Assembly: GCA_965214705.1 (NCBI GenBank)
Contig: CBDCCI010000002.1
Location: 2,592,001-2,656,000, forward strand
Direction of reading: 5' to 3'
Source: Alphaproteobacteria bacterium
Lineage (GTDB): Bacteria > Pseudomonadota > Alphaproteobacteria > UBA828
Length of the DNA: 64,000 nucleotides
In this document: one piece after another, positions 1 through 9,969 of the stretch
Position numbering within the stretch: position 1 is the stretch's first letter
Layout of the letters: every line of letters begins with the position of its first letter
Program-made: the position numbers and the translations under genes
Notes under the pieces: generated by a model
The model's input: the letters and a program-made list of their open reading frames with translations, nothing else
Databases searched by the model: none
What the model was told of the DNA's origin: nothing

Positions 1-496
1 GCTCCGCCTGTTCCCGCCCATCGCCGTCGTGATCCCGGTGATGGTCATGTGGACGTTCCTCGGCATGGTCGATACCTGGTGGGGACTGGCGCTGATCTAC
101 GGCATCGTCACCCTGCCCTTCGCCTTCTGGCTGATGATGACGTTCTTCGACGAAGTGCCGCTTGAAATCGAGGAGGCCGCGCTGGTCGAAGGCTGCAGCC
201 ACTGGCGCGTGTTCTACAGGGTGACTTTGCCCATGGTGAAGGCGCCGCTGGCGACGACGTGCCTGTTCGTCTTCATCCTGAACTGGAGCGACTACCTCAT
301 CGCCCTGCTGCTGACCCGGAAGGATTGGGTGACCATCCCCGTCTACATGAGCGAGCTCAGCGTCGCAATGACCGGTCCGATGTACGGTGCCAAGGCGGCG
401 TTAGGCTTGGTGGCTGCGATCCCGCCGGTCGTTCTCGGCATCATCATCCAGAAGCACCTGGTTCGCGGGCTCACCTTCGGGGCGCTGAAGCAATGA
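1..496 (+). CDS. Carbohydrate ABC transporter permease (MalG-like), 5' truncated by window edge
   Basis: EAA loop 'EIEEAALVEGCS', 'FILNWSDYL', C-terminal 'QKHLVRGLTFGALK'. Confidence 0.9.
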   Translation, partial: LRLFPPIAVVIPVMVMWTFLGMVDTWWGLALIYGIVTLPFAFWLMMTFFDEVPLEIEEAALVEGCSHWRVFYRVTLPMVKAPLATTCLFVFILNWSDYLIALLLTRKDWVTIPVYMSELSVAMTGPMYGAKAALGLVAAIPPVVLGIIIQKHLVRGLTFGALKQ

Positions 497-1458
497 CGGA
501 AGCAACGGCAGACTCCGGCCCACCGGTGCGGCGCGCCGGTTCGCTCTCGATCGAGCGACTGGGCAGGAGGCTCGGAATCAGGATGACGATTCCGGCGCAG
601 CTTCTGCTGGTTTTCATCGTTACCTTCCCCGCGCTCATGCTGATTTATTTGAGCCTGACCTGGTGGGGTCCGCTCGACGGAACCACCTGGATTTACGCCT
701 TCGAATCGCTCAACTGGTTCGACAATTACGTTGAGATTTTCCAGGATGGCCGCCTCTGGGGATCGGTCGGGCGAACCTTCCTGATCATGGCCGTCGTGGT
801 CCCGATCGAGTTCCTTCTCGGCCTCGGTCTCGCAACTCTGTTCGTCGATCGGTTCCACGGCAAACGCATTTTCTACGTCATCCTGTTGATGCCGATGATG
901 ATCGTGCCTTCCGTGGCCGGTTACATGTTCTTCATGCTTTTCCAGAGCAACGGCCCGATCAACCAGATCATCAGCGGCATCAGCGGCCTCGATTTCGATG
1001 TCGTCTGGCTGGGACACCCGATCCGATCGATGATCGCGATCATGGTTGCTGATATCTGGCAATGGACGCCGCTCATGTTCCTGATCCTGCTCGCCGGCAT
1101 CATCTCGGTGCCGGAGGATCAGTTGAAGGCGGCAACCCTGCTGGGCGCAAACTGGTTCCACAAGTTCTGGCGCATCGTCCTGCCCAGAATGAAGATTGTC
1201 ATGGTCATTGCCTTGGTTATCCGCTCGGTCGAGGCGTTCAAGCTGTTCGACATCATGTGGATCATGACCAAGGGTGGACCCGGATTCTCGACCGAGACCA
1301 TATCGGTCTACATATACAAGTTAACGTTTTTCGATCTCGAATGGGCCTATGTGTCGACGGCCGGCCTGGTCATCATGATCTTCCTCAGCCTGTTCGCGGT
1401 CGTCGGCTTGATCGCCATGGGTAGAGCCAAGCGCAAACGCTTGGCCAACCCGGGCTGA
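493..1458 (+). CDS. Carbohydrate ABC transporter permease (MalF-like)
   Basis: ATGA overlap with upstream stop; 'DIWQWTPLMFLILLAG', 'AATLLGA', 'FKLFD..TKGGPG..TETIS'. Confidence 0.9.
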   Translation: MTEATADSGPPVRRAGSLSIERLGRRLGIRMTIPAQLLLVFIVTFPALMLIYLSLTWWGPLDGTTWIYAFESLNWFDNYVEIFQDGRLWGSVGRTFLIMAVVVPIEFLLGLGLATLFVDRFHGKRIFYVILLMPMMIVPSVAGYMFFMLFQSNGPINQIISGISGLDFDVVWLGHPIRSMIAIMVADIWQWTPLMFLILLAGIISVPEDQLKAATLLGANWFHKFWRIVLPRMKIVMVIALVIRSVEAFKLFDIMWIMTKGGPGFSTETISVYIYKLTFFDLEWAYVSTAGLVIMIFLSLFAVVGLIAMGRAKRKRLANPG

Positions 1459-1508
1459 GCGTTGGCACGAGAGTATGCCCGCGTAAGCGGGCCTGACCCC
1501 CAACCTCC

Positions 1509-2279
1509 GTGAGACTCGCCGGAAAGAACGCCGTCGTCACCGGCGCCGCGTCGGGCATCGGCCGCGAGACGGCGCTCCGCTTCGCCGAGGAGGGCGCGGC
1601 GGTCGTCTGCGCCGACCTGGACGCTGAGGGCGCCGCCGCCCTCGCTGCGTCGATCGTCGCGAACGGGGGCGCTGCGCATTCCGTCCGCGCCGACATCACC
1701 AGCGAGGCCGACGCGGCGCGGCTCGCCGAGGAGGCGCTGGCGGCGCTGGGCCGAATCGACGTGCTGGTGAACAACGCCGGAGTCACCATCCTGGGCGGCG
1801 TCGCAGAGCTCACGGAAGCTGACTGGCAGCGCGAGATCGACATCAACCTGAGCGGCGCCTACCGGGTCTCGAAGGCGTTCTGGCCGCACTTCGCCGAGGC
1901 CGGCGGCGGCGCGATCCTGAGCACCGCCTCGATCGCCGGCGTCGTCGCGGCGCGCCAGGATGCCGCTTACGTCGCCTCCAAGGCTGGGCTCATCATGCTC
2001 ACGCGCTGCATGGCACTGGACGGAGCGCCACACGGCATCCGCGCCAATTGCATCTGCCCCGGCTTCGTGGACACGCCGATGTTCGAGGGCTTCATCGCGG
2101 AGCAGCCGGATCCGGACGCCTCCCTCGCCCGCGCGGCGGGCCGCACGCCCTTGGGCCGCATCGGCACGCCGCGCGACATCGCCGACGGCTTTGTTTACCT
2201 CGCTTCCGACGACGCCCGCTGGATTACCGGGACATCGCTCGTCATCGACGGCGGCCTCACCATCGGCCTCCCGGAGTGA
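1509..2279 (+). CDS. Short-chain dehydrogenase/reductase
   Basis: TGAASGIG, NNAG, YVASK, 'NCICPG', 'IDGG'. Confidence 0.95.
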   Translation: MRLAGKNAVVTGAASGIGRETALRFAEEGAAVVCADLDAEGAAALAASIVANGGAAHSVRADITSEADAARLAEEALAALGRIDVLVNNAGVTILGGVAELTEADWQREIDINLSGAYRVSKAFWPHFAEAGGGAILSTASIAGVVAARQDAAYVASKAGLIMLTRCMALDGAPHGIRANCICPGFVDTPMFEGFIAEQPDPDASLARAAGRTPLGRIGTPRDIADGFVYLASDDARWITGTSLVIDGGLTIGLPE

Positions 2280-2291
2280 CGGGCGGCCTTC

Positions 2292-3218
2292 GTGAGCCGC
2301 ACCGTACAGAGCAGCGGGCACCTGGTGCCCCTCGCCATGCTGCTCTTCGGCGCCTCCAGCTACGCCATGACCTTCTCGCTCAACCGGATCGCCATTACCG
2401 AAGGCGTTCCGACCTTTCCCTTCGTCTTCTGGCAGGGCGTGACGGCAGGGGCGATCGCCCTGATCGCGGGCCTCGCGGTGGGTCAGCGTCCGAAGTTCAG
2501 CGGCGTCTACCTTCGCTTCTACTTCATCTTCGGCTTCATCGGCATCGCGCTCCCCTACACCCTGCTTGCGTTGGCCGCGCCCAGAGTGCCCGCCGGCGCG
2601 GTGGCGTTGACGCTGACGCTCTCGCCGATCCTGACCTACGCCTTCTCGATCCTGTTCAAGATCGACACCGTGCGGCTGCTGCGGGTCGTGGGCATCATGC
2701 TCGGCCTCGCGGGAATCCTGGTGGTGCTGGCGCCGGGAGCCAGCCTGCCGGAGCCCGGCATGGCGCCATGGCTGCTGTTGGCCTTCGGCTCGCCGGTTTG
2801 CTACGCCTTCGGCAGCGTCACGGTGGTGTTCCTTCGCCCGGCTGGCAGCCAGCCGATCCCTCTCACCTGCGGTATCGCCTTCGCGAGCGCGATCCTGATG
2901 CTGCCGGTGATGGCTGCCGCCGACAGCTGGTGGCTGTTCGACGGCACCATGACCGACGGCGACTGGTCGCTGATCGGCGGTGGCGCGCTCACCGCGTGCT
3001 TCTTCGTGCTCGGGCTGGAAATCATTCGTATGGTGGGGCCGGTCTTCTTCTCGACCAACGGCTACATCGGCCCGCTGTGCGGGATGGGCTGGGCCGCGCT
3101 TTATTTCGGCGAGGTGCCGAGCCCCTGGATCGGCCTCGCGGTCGCGCTGCTCTTCGCCGGCCTCTTCCTGGTGAACCGCAGCTCCCGGCCCATGATCCGG
3201 GCAGGGCCAGGGCCGTAG
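2292..3218 (+). CDS. DMT/EamA family transporter
   Basis: About 10 hydrophobic helices in two EamA-like repeats. Confidence 0.85.
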   Translation: MSRTVQSSGHLVPLAMLLFGASSYAMTFSLNRIAITEGVPTFPFVFWQGVTAGAIALIAGLAVGQRPKFSGVYLRFYFIFGFIGIALPYTLLALAAPRVPAGAVALTLTLSPILTYAFSILFKIDTVRLLRVVGIMLGLAGILVVLAPGASLPEPGMAPWLLLAFGSPVCYAFGSVTVVFLRPAGSQPIPLTCGIAFASAILMLPVMAAADSWWLFDGTMTDGDWSLIGGGALTACFFVLGLEIIRMVGPVFFSTNGYIGPLCGMGWAALYFGEVPSPWIGLAVALLFAGLFLVNRSSRPMIRAGPGP

Positions 3219-3225
3219 CGCACCG

Positions 3226-4080
3226 ATGCTGCGCATCCTGACCTTCAATACCGGCCTCACCGAAATTCGCCTGTTCGTCGCCCCGCTCTACGAGGACGTG
3301 CCCTACGTGGTGGCCCGTGCCGCGCATCTCGCGCCCGCGTTGCGCGGCGTGGACGCCGATATCGTGCTGCTGCAGGAGCTGGTACCGCAACGCGTCAAGG
3401 TGAGGCTGGCGGCGGAGCTTCGCGATCTCTACCCGCACAGCGCCGGCGTCGCCGAGGACAGCCGCTTCTACGGCACCGGGCTGCTTACCCTCTCCCGCGA
3501 CGTAATGACGGACGCTTCGTGCACGTCCTTCGCGCAGCAGACGCTGGAGGAGGGTCTCTTCGGCCCGCGCGGGATGCTCGCCTGCACGGTACGGACGCCC
3601 GGCCTCGGCCCCATCCGCGTCATCAACCTCCATGCCACCGCCGGCGGCGCCTATCGGCGGAAGCGACGCCTGGGCGCGGCCGACCGGCGGAGCGCGCAGG
3701 TCGCCGAGGCGATCGAGGCCGCCGCTGCAGCGTTCGACGGCACGGTCGTGCTCGCCGGCGACTTCAACTGCGACCCGGCCGCAGACCCGACTGCCAGCGG
3801 GCTTCTGCAGGACGCGGGCTTCGAGGACGTGGCCGCCGATCTGCCGGACGAGGCGCAGCCCCAAGGCACGTGGGATCCGGCCAATCCACTCAACCGAGGC
3901 CGGGCCGCCGGTCCCGCCCGCCGGGTGGATCACATCTTCGTGCGGCCGGGCGGCGGCTACGGGGTCGCCGTGTCCGCCGTGCGCACCGTGCTTGACGAGC
4001 CGGTGGTGCCGCTCCCCGACGGAAAGCCGTTACCGGTTTCGGATCACTACGGTCTACTCGCCGAACTCGCGACGTCCTGA
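3226..4080 (+). CDS. Endonuclease/exonuclease/phosphatase (EEP) family phosphodiesterase, sphingomyelinase-like
   Basis: ILTFN, DIVLLQE, NLH, LAGDFN, RVDHIF, SDHYG motifs. Confidence 0.9.
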   Translation: MLRILTFNTGLTEIRLFVAPLYEDVPYVVARAAHLAPALRGVDADIVLLQELVPQRVKVRLAAELRDLYPHSAGVAEDSRFYGTGLLTLSRDVMTDASCTSFAQQTLEEGLFGPRGMLACTVRTPGLGPIRVINLHATAGGAYRRKRRLGAADRRSAQVAEAIEAAAAAFDGTVVLAGDFNCDPAADPTASGLLQDAGFEDVAADLPDEAQPQGTWDPANPLNRGRAAGPARRVDHIFVRPGGGYGVAVSAVRTVLDEPVVPLPDGKPLPVSDHYGLLAELATS

Positions 4081-4185
4081 CGGCTGCTCGACGCTCTTTC
4101 CGCCTTCTCTGAAACCCGATGCCGCGCTACGTTCGTACGCACGGAAAGGTGGCGCGTGGCTGCGCATACCCAAGGAGGTGATGCT

Positions 4186-4539
4186 GTGTGTGCGTTCTGT
4201 ACGATGATGGCCGGCGGCACGCACTGGACCGAGGCCGGCACGGACGCGGGCCGCGCGGCCGAGCCTGAGACCGGGCGCGCCCGCTATCTCGGTCGCCTGA
4301 ATCGCGTCGCCCTGATCAATCGAATCCTGAACCACTACGGCTGCGCCGCGTCCGACTGGGCCTGCAACCAGTATGTCGTCAAGAGCCACGCGGGCCGCTC
4401 GGCCATGGTGGCGCACCTGCCCCAGATTTGGGTCGCGGCCGAGGAGATCGCTGGGCGGCCCCTCGACCCCCTGGACCCTGCCCTGCTCGACACGCTGCGC
4501 AGCACAGCGCCGAAAGAGACGGCGCCGGCGACGCACTAG
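4186..4539 (+). CDS. Small hypothetical protein with N-terminal CxxC
   Basis: AGGAGG RBS before GTG 4186; 'MCAFCTMMAGGTHWTE...RPLDPLDP'. Confidence 0.65.
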   Translation: MCAFCTMMAGGTHWTEAGTDAGRAAEPETGRARYLGRLNRVALINRILNHYGCAASDWACNQYVVKSHAGRSAMVAHLPQIWVAAEEIAGRPLDPLDPALLDTLRSTAPKETAPATH

Positions 4540-4684
4540 CCCATCCAAATTGAGAGCCGCGAGCCGTGATCGAGACGCATGATCGGGTCCAATGGCTACG
4601 TGACGAGCCGATGAGTTTAATTGTCAAGCCTTGACGGGCCCCCTACTCTGGTCGGCGGTCAAATCCAACAGGGAGGATAAGACC

Positions 4685-5185
4685 ATGATGAAGAAGCTCG
4701 TCTTGACAATGGCGGTACTTGTCGCGTCGGCCAGTGTGGCCAATGCCACCCAGTATCTTCAGGCATCGTCATCGGTGACCCAGTGCCCGGGCACGGCACC
4801 AACGCTGGTCGAAATGGATATCATCGACGCAGCGGAGGGCGTAATGCTCGCCAACAACCAGATCACCGTCGGCGAAGCCGGGCCTTATCTGATCGTCGCC
4901 GCTCCCCAGGTCGGCCGCGAAGGCGGCGGGCCCTACGGGTGCTTCGACCTGTGGCTGCGCATCAACGGTGCAGACGTCGCCAACTCCAACGTCCAGCTCT
5001 GCCAGGACGAAGGGAGCATGGCCAAGGACGTCATCATCTCCCAGGGAATCGTTCCCATGGAGGCGGGCGACATGCTGGAAGTGATGATGTCGGCCAGCAA
5101 TCCCGAGGCGAACATCTGCATCGAGGCGATTCAGCCGGCCGGCGAGCCGCTGGTGCCGGCGATCATCTTTTCCATGATCAAGTAA
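4685..5185 (+). CDS. Secreted protein, probable C1q/TNF-like (BclA C-terminal) jelly-roll fold
   Basis: GGAGG RBS; Sec signal 'MMKKLVLTMAVLVASASVANA'; 'ITVGEAGPYLI', 'LWLRING', 'EAGDMLEV'. Confidence 0.7.
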   Translation: MMKKLVLTMAVLVASASVANATQYLQASSSVTQCPGTAPTLVEMDIIDAAEGVMLANNQITVGEAGPYLIVAAPQVGREGGGPYGCFDLWLRINGADVANSNVQLCQDEGSMAKDVIISQGIVPMEAGDMLEVMMSASNPEANICIEAIQPAGEPLVPAIIFSMIK

Positions 5186-5405
5186 GCAGCCGAGGGGCGT
5201 GCTGAGCGCCTTCGGGCGGCGGCGCACCCCTCCCCTCGTCGTCTCGCGGCGGTGCCGCGAGACGGACGTGCGATGGACGGACGGGACCAGCCCTTCCGGT
5301 GTCTATGCGCGCGCAATCAAGACCGGGGCAGGCTTGCAAGGCCCGGTGCAAGCTGCCATGTAGCTCTTGCCCAACCGAATCCTCTCCAGCCGGGAGCATG
5401 CGGGT

Positions 5406-6311
5406 ATGGATACCCTCATTGGCCAGTCGGCCGGCGGCGCCGCGCAGCCGAAGGACGCGACGACCCAGAGCTTTGCCGCCGACGTGATCGAAGCGTCGCA
5501 ACAGACGCCGGTGATCGTCGATTTCTGGGCGCCCTGGTGCGGTCCGTGCAAGCAGCTCGCGCCGATTCTGGAGAAGACGGTCAGGGACGCCGGCGGCAAG
5601 GTGGCGCTGGTCAAGATCAACATCGACGAGAACCCGGAGATCGCGCAGCAGCTCCGCATCCAGTCGATTCCGGCCGTGTTCGCCTTCGACAAGGGGCAGC
5701 CGGTCGACGGCTTCATGGGCGCTCAGCCGGAAAGCCAGATCAAGCGCTTCGTGGAGCGGCTGGTGGGACCGATGGGCCCCTCGCCCCTGGAGCAGGCCCT
5801 GGAGCAGGCCAAGGACGCGCTGGACGGCGGGGACTTCGCCAGCGCGTCCAACATCTACGGCCAGATCCTGCGCCAGGTGCCGGGCGAGGCGGCAGCGATC
5901 GCAGGGCTGGTGCGCTGCCTCGTCGGTGCCGGCGACCTGCAGGAGGCCCGCGAGCTGGTGGACGGGCTCGACGACGATGCGCTGAAGAACGCCGACGTGG
6001 AGAGCGCGGTATCGGCCCTCGCGCTTGCGGAGCAGGCCGGCGAGGCCGATGGCGACACCGCCGAACTGCAGGCGCGGCTCGCCCAGGACCCCGGCGACCA
6101 CCAGGCCCGCTTCGACCTCGCCATGGCCCATCACGGCGCGGGGCGCAACGAGCAGGCCATCGATGAGCTGATCGAGATCATCCGGCGGGATCGGGAGTGG
6201 AACGAGGAGGCCGCGCGGCAGCAGCTGCTCAAGCTGTTCGAGGCCTTGGGCCATACCGACCCGCTCACGGTCGCGGGCCGGCGCAAGCTCTCTTCGATCC
6301 TGTTCTCCTGA
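5406..6311 (+). CDS. cnoX: Chaperedoxin CnoX/YbbN (thioredoxin + TPR)
   Basis: WAPWCGPCK thioredoxin motif; C-terminal 'GRRKLSSILFS'. Confidence 0.93.
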   Translation: MDTLIGQSAGGAAQPKDATTQSFAADVIEASQQTPVIVDFWAPWCGPCKQLAPILEKTVRDAGGKVALVKINIDENPEIAQQLRIQSIPAVFAFDKGQPVDGFMGAQPESQIKRFVERLVGPMGPSPLEQALEQAKDALDGGDFASASNIYGQILRQVPGEAAAIAGLVRCLVGAGDLQEARELVDGLDDDALKNADVESAVSALALAEQAGEADGDTAELQARLAQDPGDHQARFDLAMAHHGAGRNEQAIDELIEIIRRDREWNEEAARQQLLKLFEALGHTDPLTVAGRRKLSSILFS

Positions 6312-6319
6312 GGCATGCC

Positions 6320-6985
6320 GTGACCGCCGGCCCCGAACCGGGCGGCCTCGACGAGCTGCCGCGCGTCATCCCGATCTTCCCGTTGCCGGGGGTCCTGCTG
6401 CTGCCGCGCGGGCGGCTGCCGCTCAACATCTTCGAGCCTCGCTACCTGGAGATGACGCAGGACGCGATGGCCTCGCACAAGATGATCGGCATGATCCAGC
6501 CGGCCGACCCGCAGGCGAAGCTGGATGCGCCGGAGGTCTATCCGGTGGGCTGCGTGGGCCGCATCACGTCCTTCTCCGAGACGCCGGACAACCGCTTCCT
6601 GATCACGCTCACCGGCGTCTGCCGCTTCGCCATCGCGCGCGAGCTGGAGCAGGACGGCCTGATGTATCGGCGAGTCCGTGCCGACTACGGCCGCTTCGCC
6701 AGCGACCTGCCGGAACCGGCACCGCTCGCCGTCGACCGCGGCAGCCTGCTCCCGGCGCTCAGGGCCTACTTCGATCACCACGGGCTCACTGCCGACTGGG
6801 ACGCGATCGAGCGGGCCAGCGATGAGGCGCTGGTCACATGCCTCGCGATGGCCTGCCCCTTCGAGCCGAGCGAGAAGCAGGCGCTGCTCGAATGCTCGAG
6901 CGAGAGCCAGCGGGTGGCCATGATGCAGGCGCTGTTCGAGATGGCGGCCCACGGCGCAGCCGGGCCAAAGTCGCGGGTGCAGTGA
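6320..6985 (+). CDS. LON peptidase substrate-binding domain protein
   Basis: '[26 protein letters not shown]', 'VGCVGRI', 'EKQALLE'. Confidence 0.93.
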   Translation: MTAGPEPGGLDELPRVIPIFPLPGVLLLPRGRLPLNIFEPRYLEMTQDAMASHKMIGMIQPADPQAKLDAPEVYPVGCVGRITSFSETPDNRFLITLTGVCRFAIARELEQDGLMYRRVRADYGRFASDLPEPAPLAVDRGSLLPALRAYFDHHGLTADWDAIERASDEALVTCLAMACPFEPSEKQALLECSSESQRVAMMQALFEMAAHGAAGPKSRVQ

Positions 6986-6999
6986 AGGAGGCCGCGCGG

Positions 7000-7200
7000 A
7001 TGGGAGAGGAACGGGCCACGGTCGACCCCAAGCTTCTGGAGATCCTAGTCTGCCCGCTGACCAAGGAGCCGCTGCGCTACGACGCCGAGCGGCAGGAGCT
7101 GATCAGCGACAAGGCGAAGCTGGCGTTCCCGATCCGGGACGGCATTCCGATTATGCTGCCGGACGAGGCTCGACCATTGGAGGAAGGCGAGGCCCGGTGA
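7000..7200 (+). CDS. Trm112/YcaR family protein
   Basis: '[11 protein letters not shown]', '[12 protein letters not shown]'. Confidence 0.93.
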   Translation: MGEERATVDPKLLEILVCPLTKEPLRYDAERQELISDKAKLAFPIRDGIPIMLPDEARPLEEGEAR

Positions 7201-7568
7201 GCACGCCCTTCGAGGACCAGCCCTGGCCGGTCGAGCTTCGCTACAAGAGCGCCGAGAAGACGCTCGAAGTCGATTTCGACGACGACCTGCGGTGCAGCCT
7301 GCCGGCCGAGCTGCTGCGGGTGGAGAGCCCGTCCGCCGAGGTCAGGGGGCACGGCGAGGGCAAGACCATCGTGCCCGGCCGCCGCCATGTCGGCATCACT
7401 CTGATCGAGCCGGTCGGCAACTACGCCGTGCGCCTCCATTTCGACGACCTGCACACCACCGGCATCTATACGTGGTCCTACCTGCGCCACCTCGCGGAAC
7501 ACCGCGATGCGATCTGGCTTACCTACCTCGATGCACTGGAGGAACGGGGCCTCAGCCGGGATCCGTAG
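7197..7568 (+). CDS. DUF971 / GBBH-like N-terminal domain protein
   Basis: '[13 protein letters not shown]', '[22 protein letters not shown]'. Confidence 0.92.
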   Translation: MSTPFEDQPWPVELRYKSAEKTLEVDFDDDLRCSLPAELLRVESPSAEVRGHGEGKTIVPGRRHVGITLIEPVGNYAVRLHFDDLHTTGIYTWSYLRHLAEHRDAIWLTYLDALEERGLSRDP

Positions 7569-7617
7569 AGCGGCTCCGTTCGAGACGTTTCTATTCGAGT
7601 GCCCAGCGCCCCAAACT

Positions 7618-7692
7618 CGTCATGGCCGGGCTTGTCCCGGCCATCCACGTGTCCGGCGTGACTGGATGCCCGGATCAAGTCCGGGCATGACG
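7618..7692. repeat. Alphaproteobacterial REP-like palindromic element between convergent genes
   Basis: CGTCATGGCCGGGCTTGTCCCGGCCATCC ... GGATGCCCGGATCAAGTCCGGGCATGACG inverted pair, each arm itself a hairpin. Confidence 0.85.
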
Positions 7693-7746
7693 ACAAGTGA
7701 GAAAGGCTCGGTTAGCGAAGCCGGACGCCGGCCCAACCTGGGCCGG

Positions 7747-8613
7747 TCAGGCGGCCTTGCGGGCGCCGGTTCGCCGGTAGATGACGTCTTCCTGGTCCTC
7801 GGGGACATAGAAGTAGTCGCCCAGCCTCGGGTCGTGTCCGAGATCGCCCAGGAGCCTACGCTGACGCGGCGTGCATTCGTCCATGGCGCCGGCGATGGTG
7901 GGGAAGTCGTAGGGCTTCAGGAACATCTGCGCGTAGTTGTAGAGCAGTGTCTTGCGGCCCTTCCCGGAATGGTTCGGTGCCGGCCCGTGCCACAGCGCGT
8001 GGCTGAACAGATAGCAATCGCCCGCCTTGCCGCCCAGCTGGACGGCGCCCGGCGTGTGGGGAGTGGGGGCCGCGTCACTGTCGAACGGAATCTGCCGAAG
8101 ATGGCTGCCGGGAAAGACCGTGAAATTGCCGCTGTCCGTTCCTTCGACATCGGTAAGGAGGTAGAGCGCCTTCACCGCCAGCGGCCTGCTGGTCTCGGTC
8201 ACGCGAATCTGCCGGAGCGCTTGGCCGCCGTCGGTGTGGATGAAGCCGGGAAACTCGGTCGTGGATGCGCGGACGATGGCCTGCGACATGCTGAGCACGA
8301 TGTAGGGGCCCATGAGCTCGAGGATCGGATCGAAGACGTTGGGCCGGTCGATGAGATCCCGGAACGGCTCGGCGTAGCCCAGGATGTCCCGGCGGTCCAT
8401 GAAGGAGTCGAGGTCGTCCGCCGTCGCGTTGCGTTCCACCCAGGCGTAATGGCCGAAGGGCAGGCCCGGTTGCGGCTCCCATCCCGCCTGCGGACGCAGG
8501 GAGTCGATCAGCCCGCAGTAGAGCGAGACTTCCTGCGGCTCCAACGCGCCTTCCAGATGGATGTAGCCATCGACCGCCCATTGGCGGTGCTGCTCATCGG
8601 TCAAGGTCGGCAT
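7747..8613 (-). CDS. Phytanoyl-CoA dioxygenase (PhyH) family Fe(II)/2OG oxygenase
   Basis: 'DGYIHLEGAL', HxD 'IHTDG', 'GNFTVFPGSH', 'KAGD..LWHG'. Confidence 0.9.
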   Translation of the reverse strand: MPTLTDEQHRQWAVDGYIHLEGALEPQEVSLYCGLIDSLRPQAGWEPQPGLPFGHYAWVERNATADDLDSFMDRRDILGYAEPFRDLIDRPNVFDPILELMGPYIVLSMSQAIVRASTTEFPGFIHTDGGQALRQIRVTETSRPLAVKALYLLTDVEGTDSGNFTVFPGSHLRQIPFDSDAAPTPHTPGAVQLGGKAGDCYLFSHALWHGPAPNHSGKGRKTLLYNYAQMFLKPYDFPTIAGAMDECTPRQRRLLGDLGHDPRLGDYFYVPEDQEDVIYRRTGARKAA

Positions 8614-8689
8614 GGCGGGGTCCTCGTCCGGTCCGGCGCGCGGGATGGGGGGATGATGCCATTCCTGACTCGGGCGGTATAGATCGACG

Positions 8690-9889
8690 TCAGGCGCGGG
8701 CAGACGGCCCGTAGGCGAGGTACATGGGATCGCCCTCGGCAAAGCGCGTGGGCCGGAGCGGGCGGATGTCGAACGGCGAGTCCGCGCCGAGTACGGCGGC
8801 GGCCACGCACTCGCCCACCGCAGGCGAGAGCTTGAGCCCGTGGCCCGAGAAGCCGGCGGCGAGATAGAGCCCGTCCAGCCCCGGCGCCCAGCCGAGGATC
8901 GGATGAAAGTCCGGCGTGATGTCGTAGGCGCCGGAGACCGTGCGCACGACCTGGGCATCGACGAAGTCCGGCAGCCGCTCGGCCAGCGCCTTGTCGAGCC
9001 GCGTGCGGTGGCCGGCTTCGTCTTCCACCGGCGCCGGCGCGGTGGGATCGGCGACCTCGGGCATCTCGTCGGGATAGGCGACCGCCAGCAGGTAGGGCCC
9101 CATGTCGGGGCGCATGACGACGTTGGAGTTGCCGTCAGTGATGCAGGTGCGGATCGTGGGCCGACCCGGCGGCTGTTCCAGATAGGCCATGTCGAGCCGG
9201 CGGCGCTCGATGGGCACGTCGACGCCGAAGGGCGTCAGCAGGTCGGTGATCCACGCACCGGTCGCGGCGATCACGGTGGGCGCCTCGATCTGACCCTGGG
9301 GCGTGTCCACGCCCACGACGCGGCCTTCTGCCGTGGCGATCCCCTCCACCCGGAGCCCGGAATGGAGCGTCGCGCCCGCCGCTTGCGCCGCGCCGAGCCA
9401 GCTCAGCACCATGCGGGTCACGTCGATGTAGCCGCCGTTGGGCTCCCAGGCGCCGCCGGCAAGATCGTCGGTGACGAGTGCGGGCTCCAGGGCCTTGATC
9501 TCGTCGGGGCTCGCGAAGCGGGTGTCGACGCCGAGCTGGCGGCCGAGCTCAACGTTGCGCCGGCAGGCCTCGACCTGCGCTTCGACGACCAGCAGCATGT
9601 AGCCGAGCTTGACGTAGCCGGGATCGCCGACGCCGACCTCCGTCTGCCAGTTGTTCAGCACCTCGAAGCCCCGGATCGCCATCTCGACCATGAGCGCGTT
9701 GGAGTAGTGCTGGCGAATCTGTCCGAAGGTGCGACCCGACATGCCGCCCACCGGAGGCCGCTCGTCGACCACCACGACCTTGCGGCCGGACCGCCGCGTG
9801 AGCTGAAAGGCGATGCTCGCCCCCATGATGCCGGCGCCGACCACCACGATGTCGGCGGCGCCCAGCCGCTCCCTGCCCTGCCCCGTCAT
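8690..9889 (-). CDS. FAD-dependent oxidoreductase (DAO/sarcosine oxidase beta-like)
   Basis: GAGIMG, 'YDITPDFHPILG', 'GFSGHGLKLSPAVG'. Confidence 0.92.
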   Translation of the reverse strand: MTGQGRERLGAADIVVVGAGIMGASIAFQLTRRSGRKVVVVDERPPVGGMSGRTFGQIRQHYSNALMVEMAIRGFEVLNNWQTEVGVGDPGYVKLGYMLLVVEAQVEACRRNVELGRQLGVDTRFASPDEIKALEPALVTDDLAGGAWEPNGGYIDVTRMVLSWLGAAQAAGATLHSGLRVEGIATAEGRVVGVDTPQGQIEAPTVIAATGAWITDLLTPFGVDVPIERRRLDMAYLEQPPGRPTIRTCITDGNSNVVMRPDMGPYLLAVAYPDEMPEVADPTAPAPVEDEAGHRTRLDKALAERLPDFVDAQVVRTVSGAYDITPDFHPILGWAPGLDGLYLAAGFSGHGLKLSPAVGECVAAAVLGADSPFDIRPLRPTRFAEGDPMYLAYGPSARA

Positions 9890-9969
9890 CTCCGCCCCGC
9901 CGTCATTTTCGTCCTATGCTATCGACTGGGTGACGCTCAAATTGGACCGAAATCTCAACCGTCTACCAT

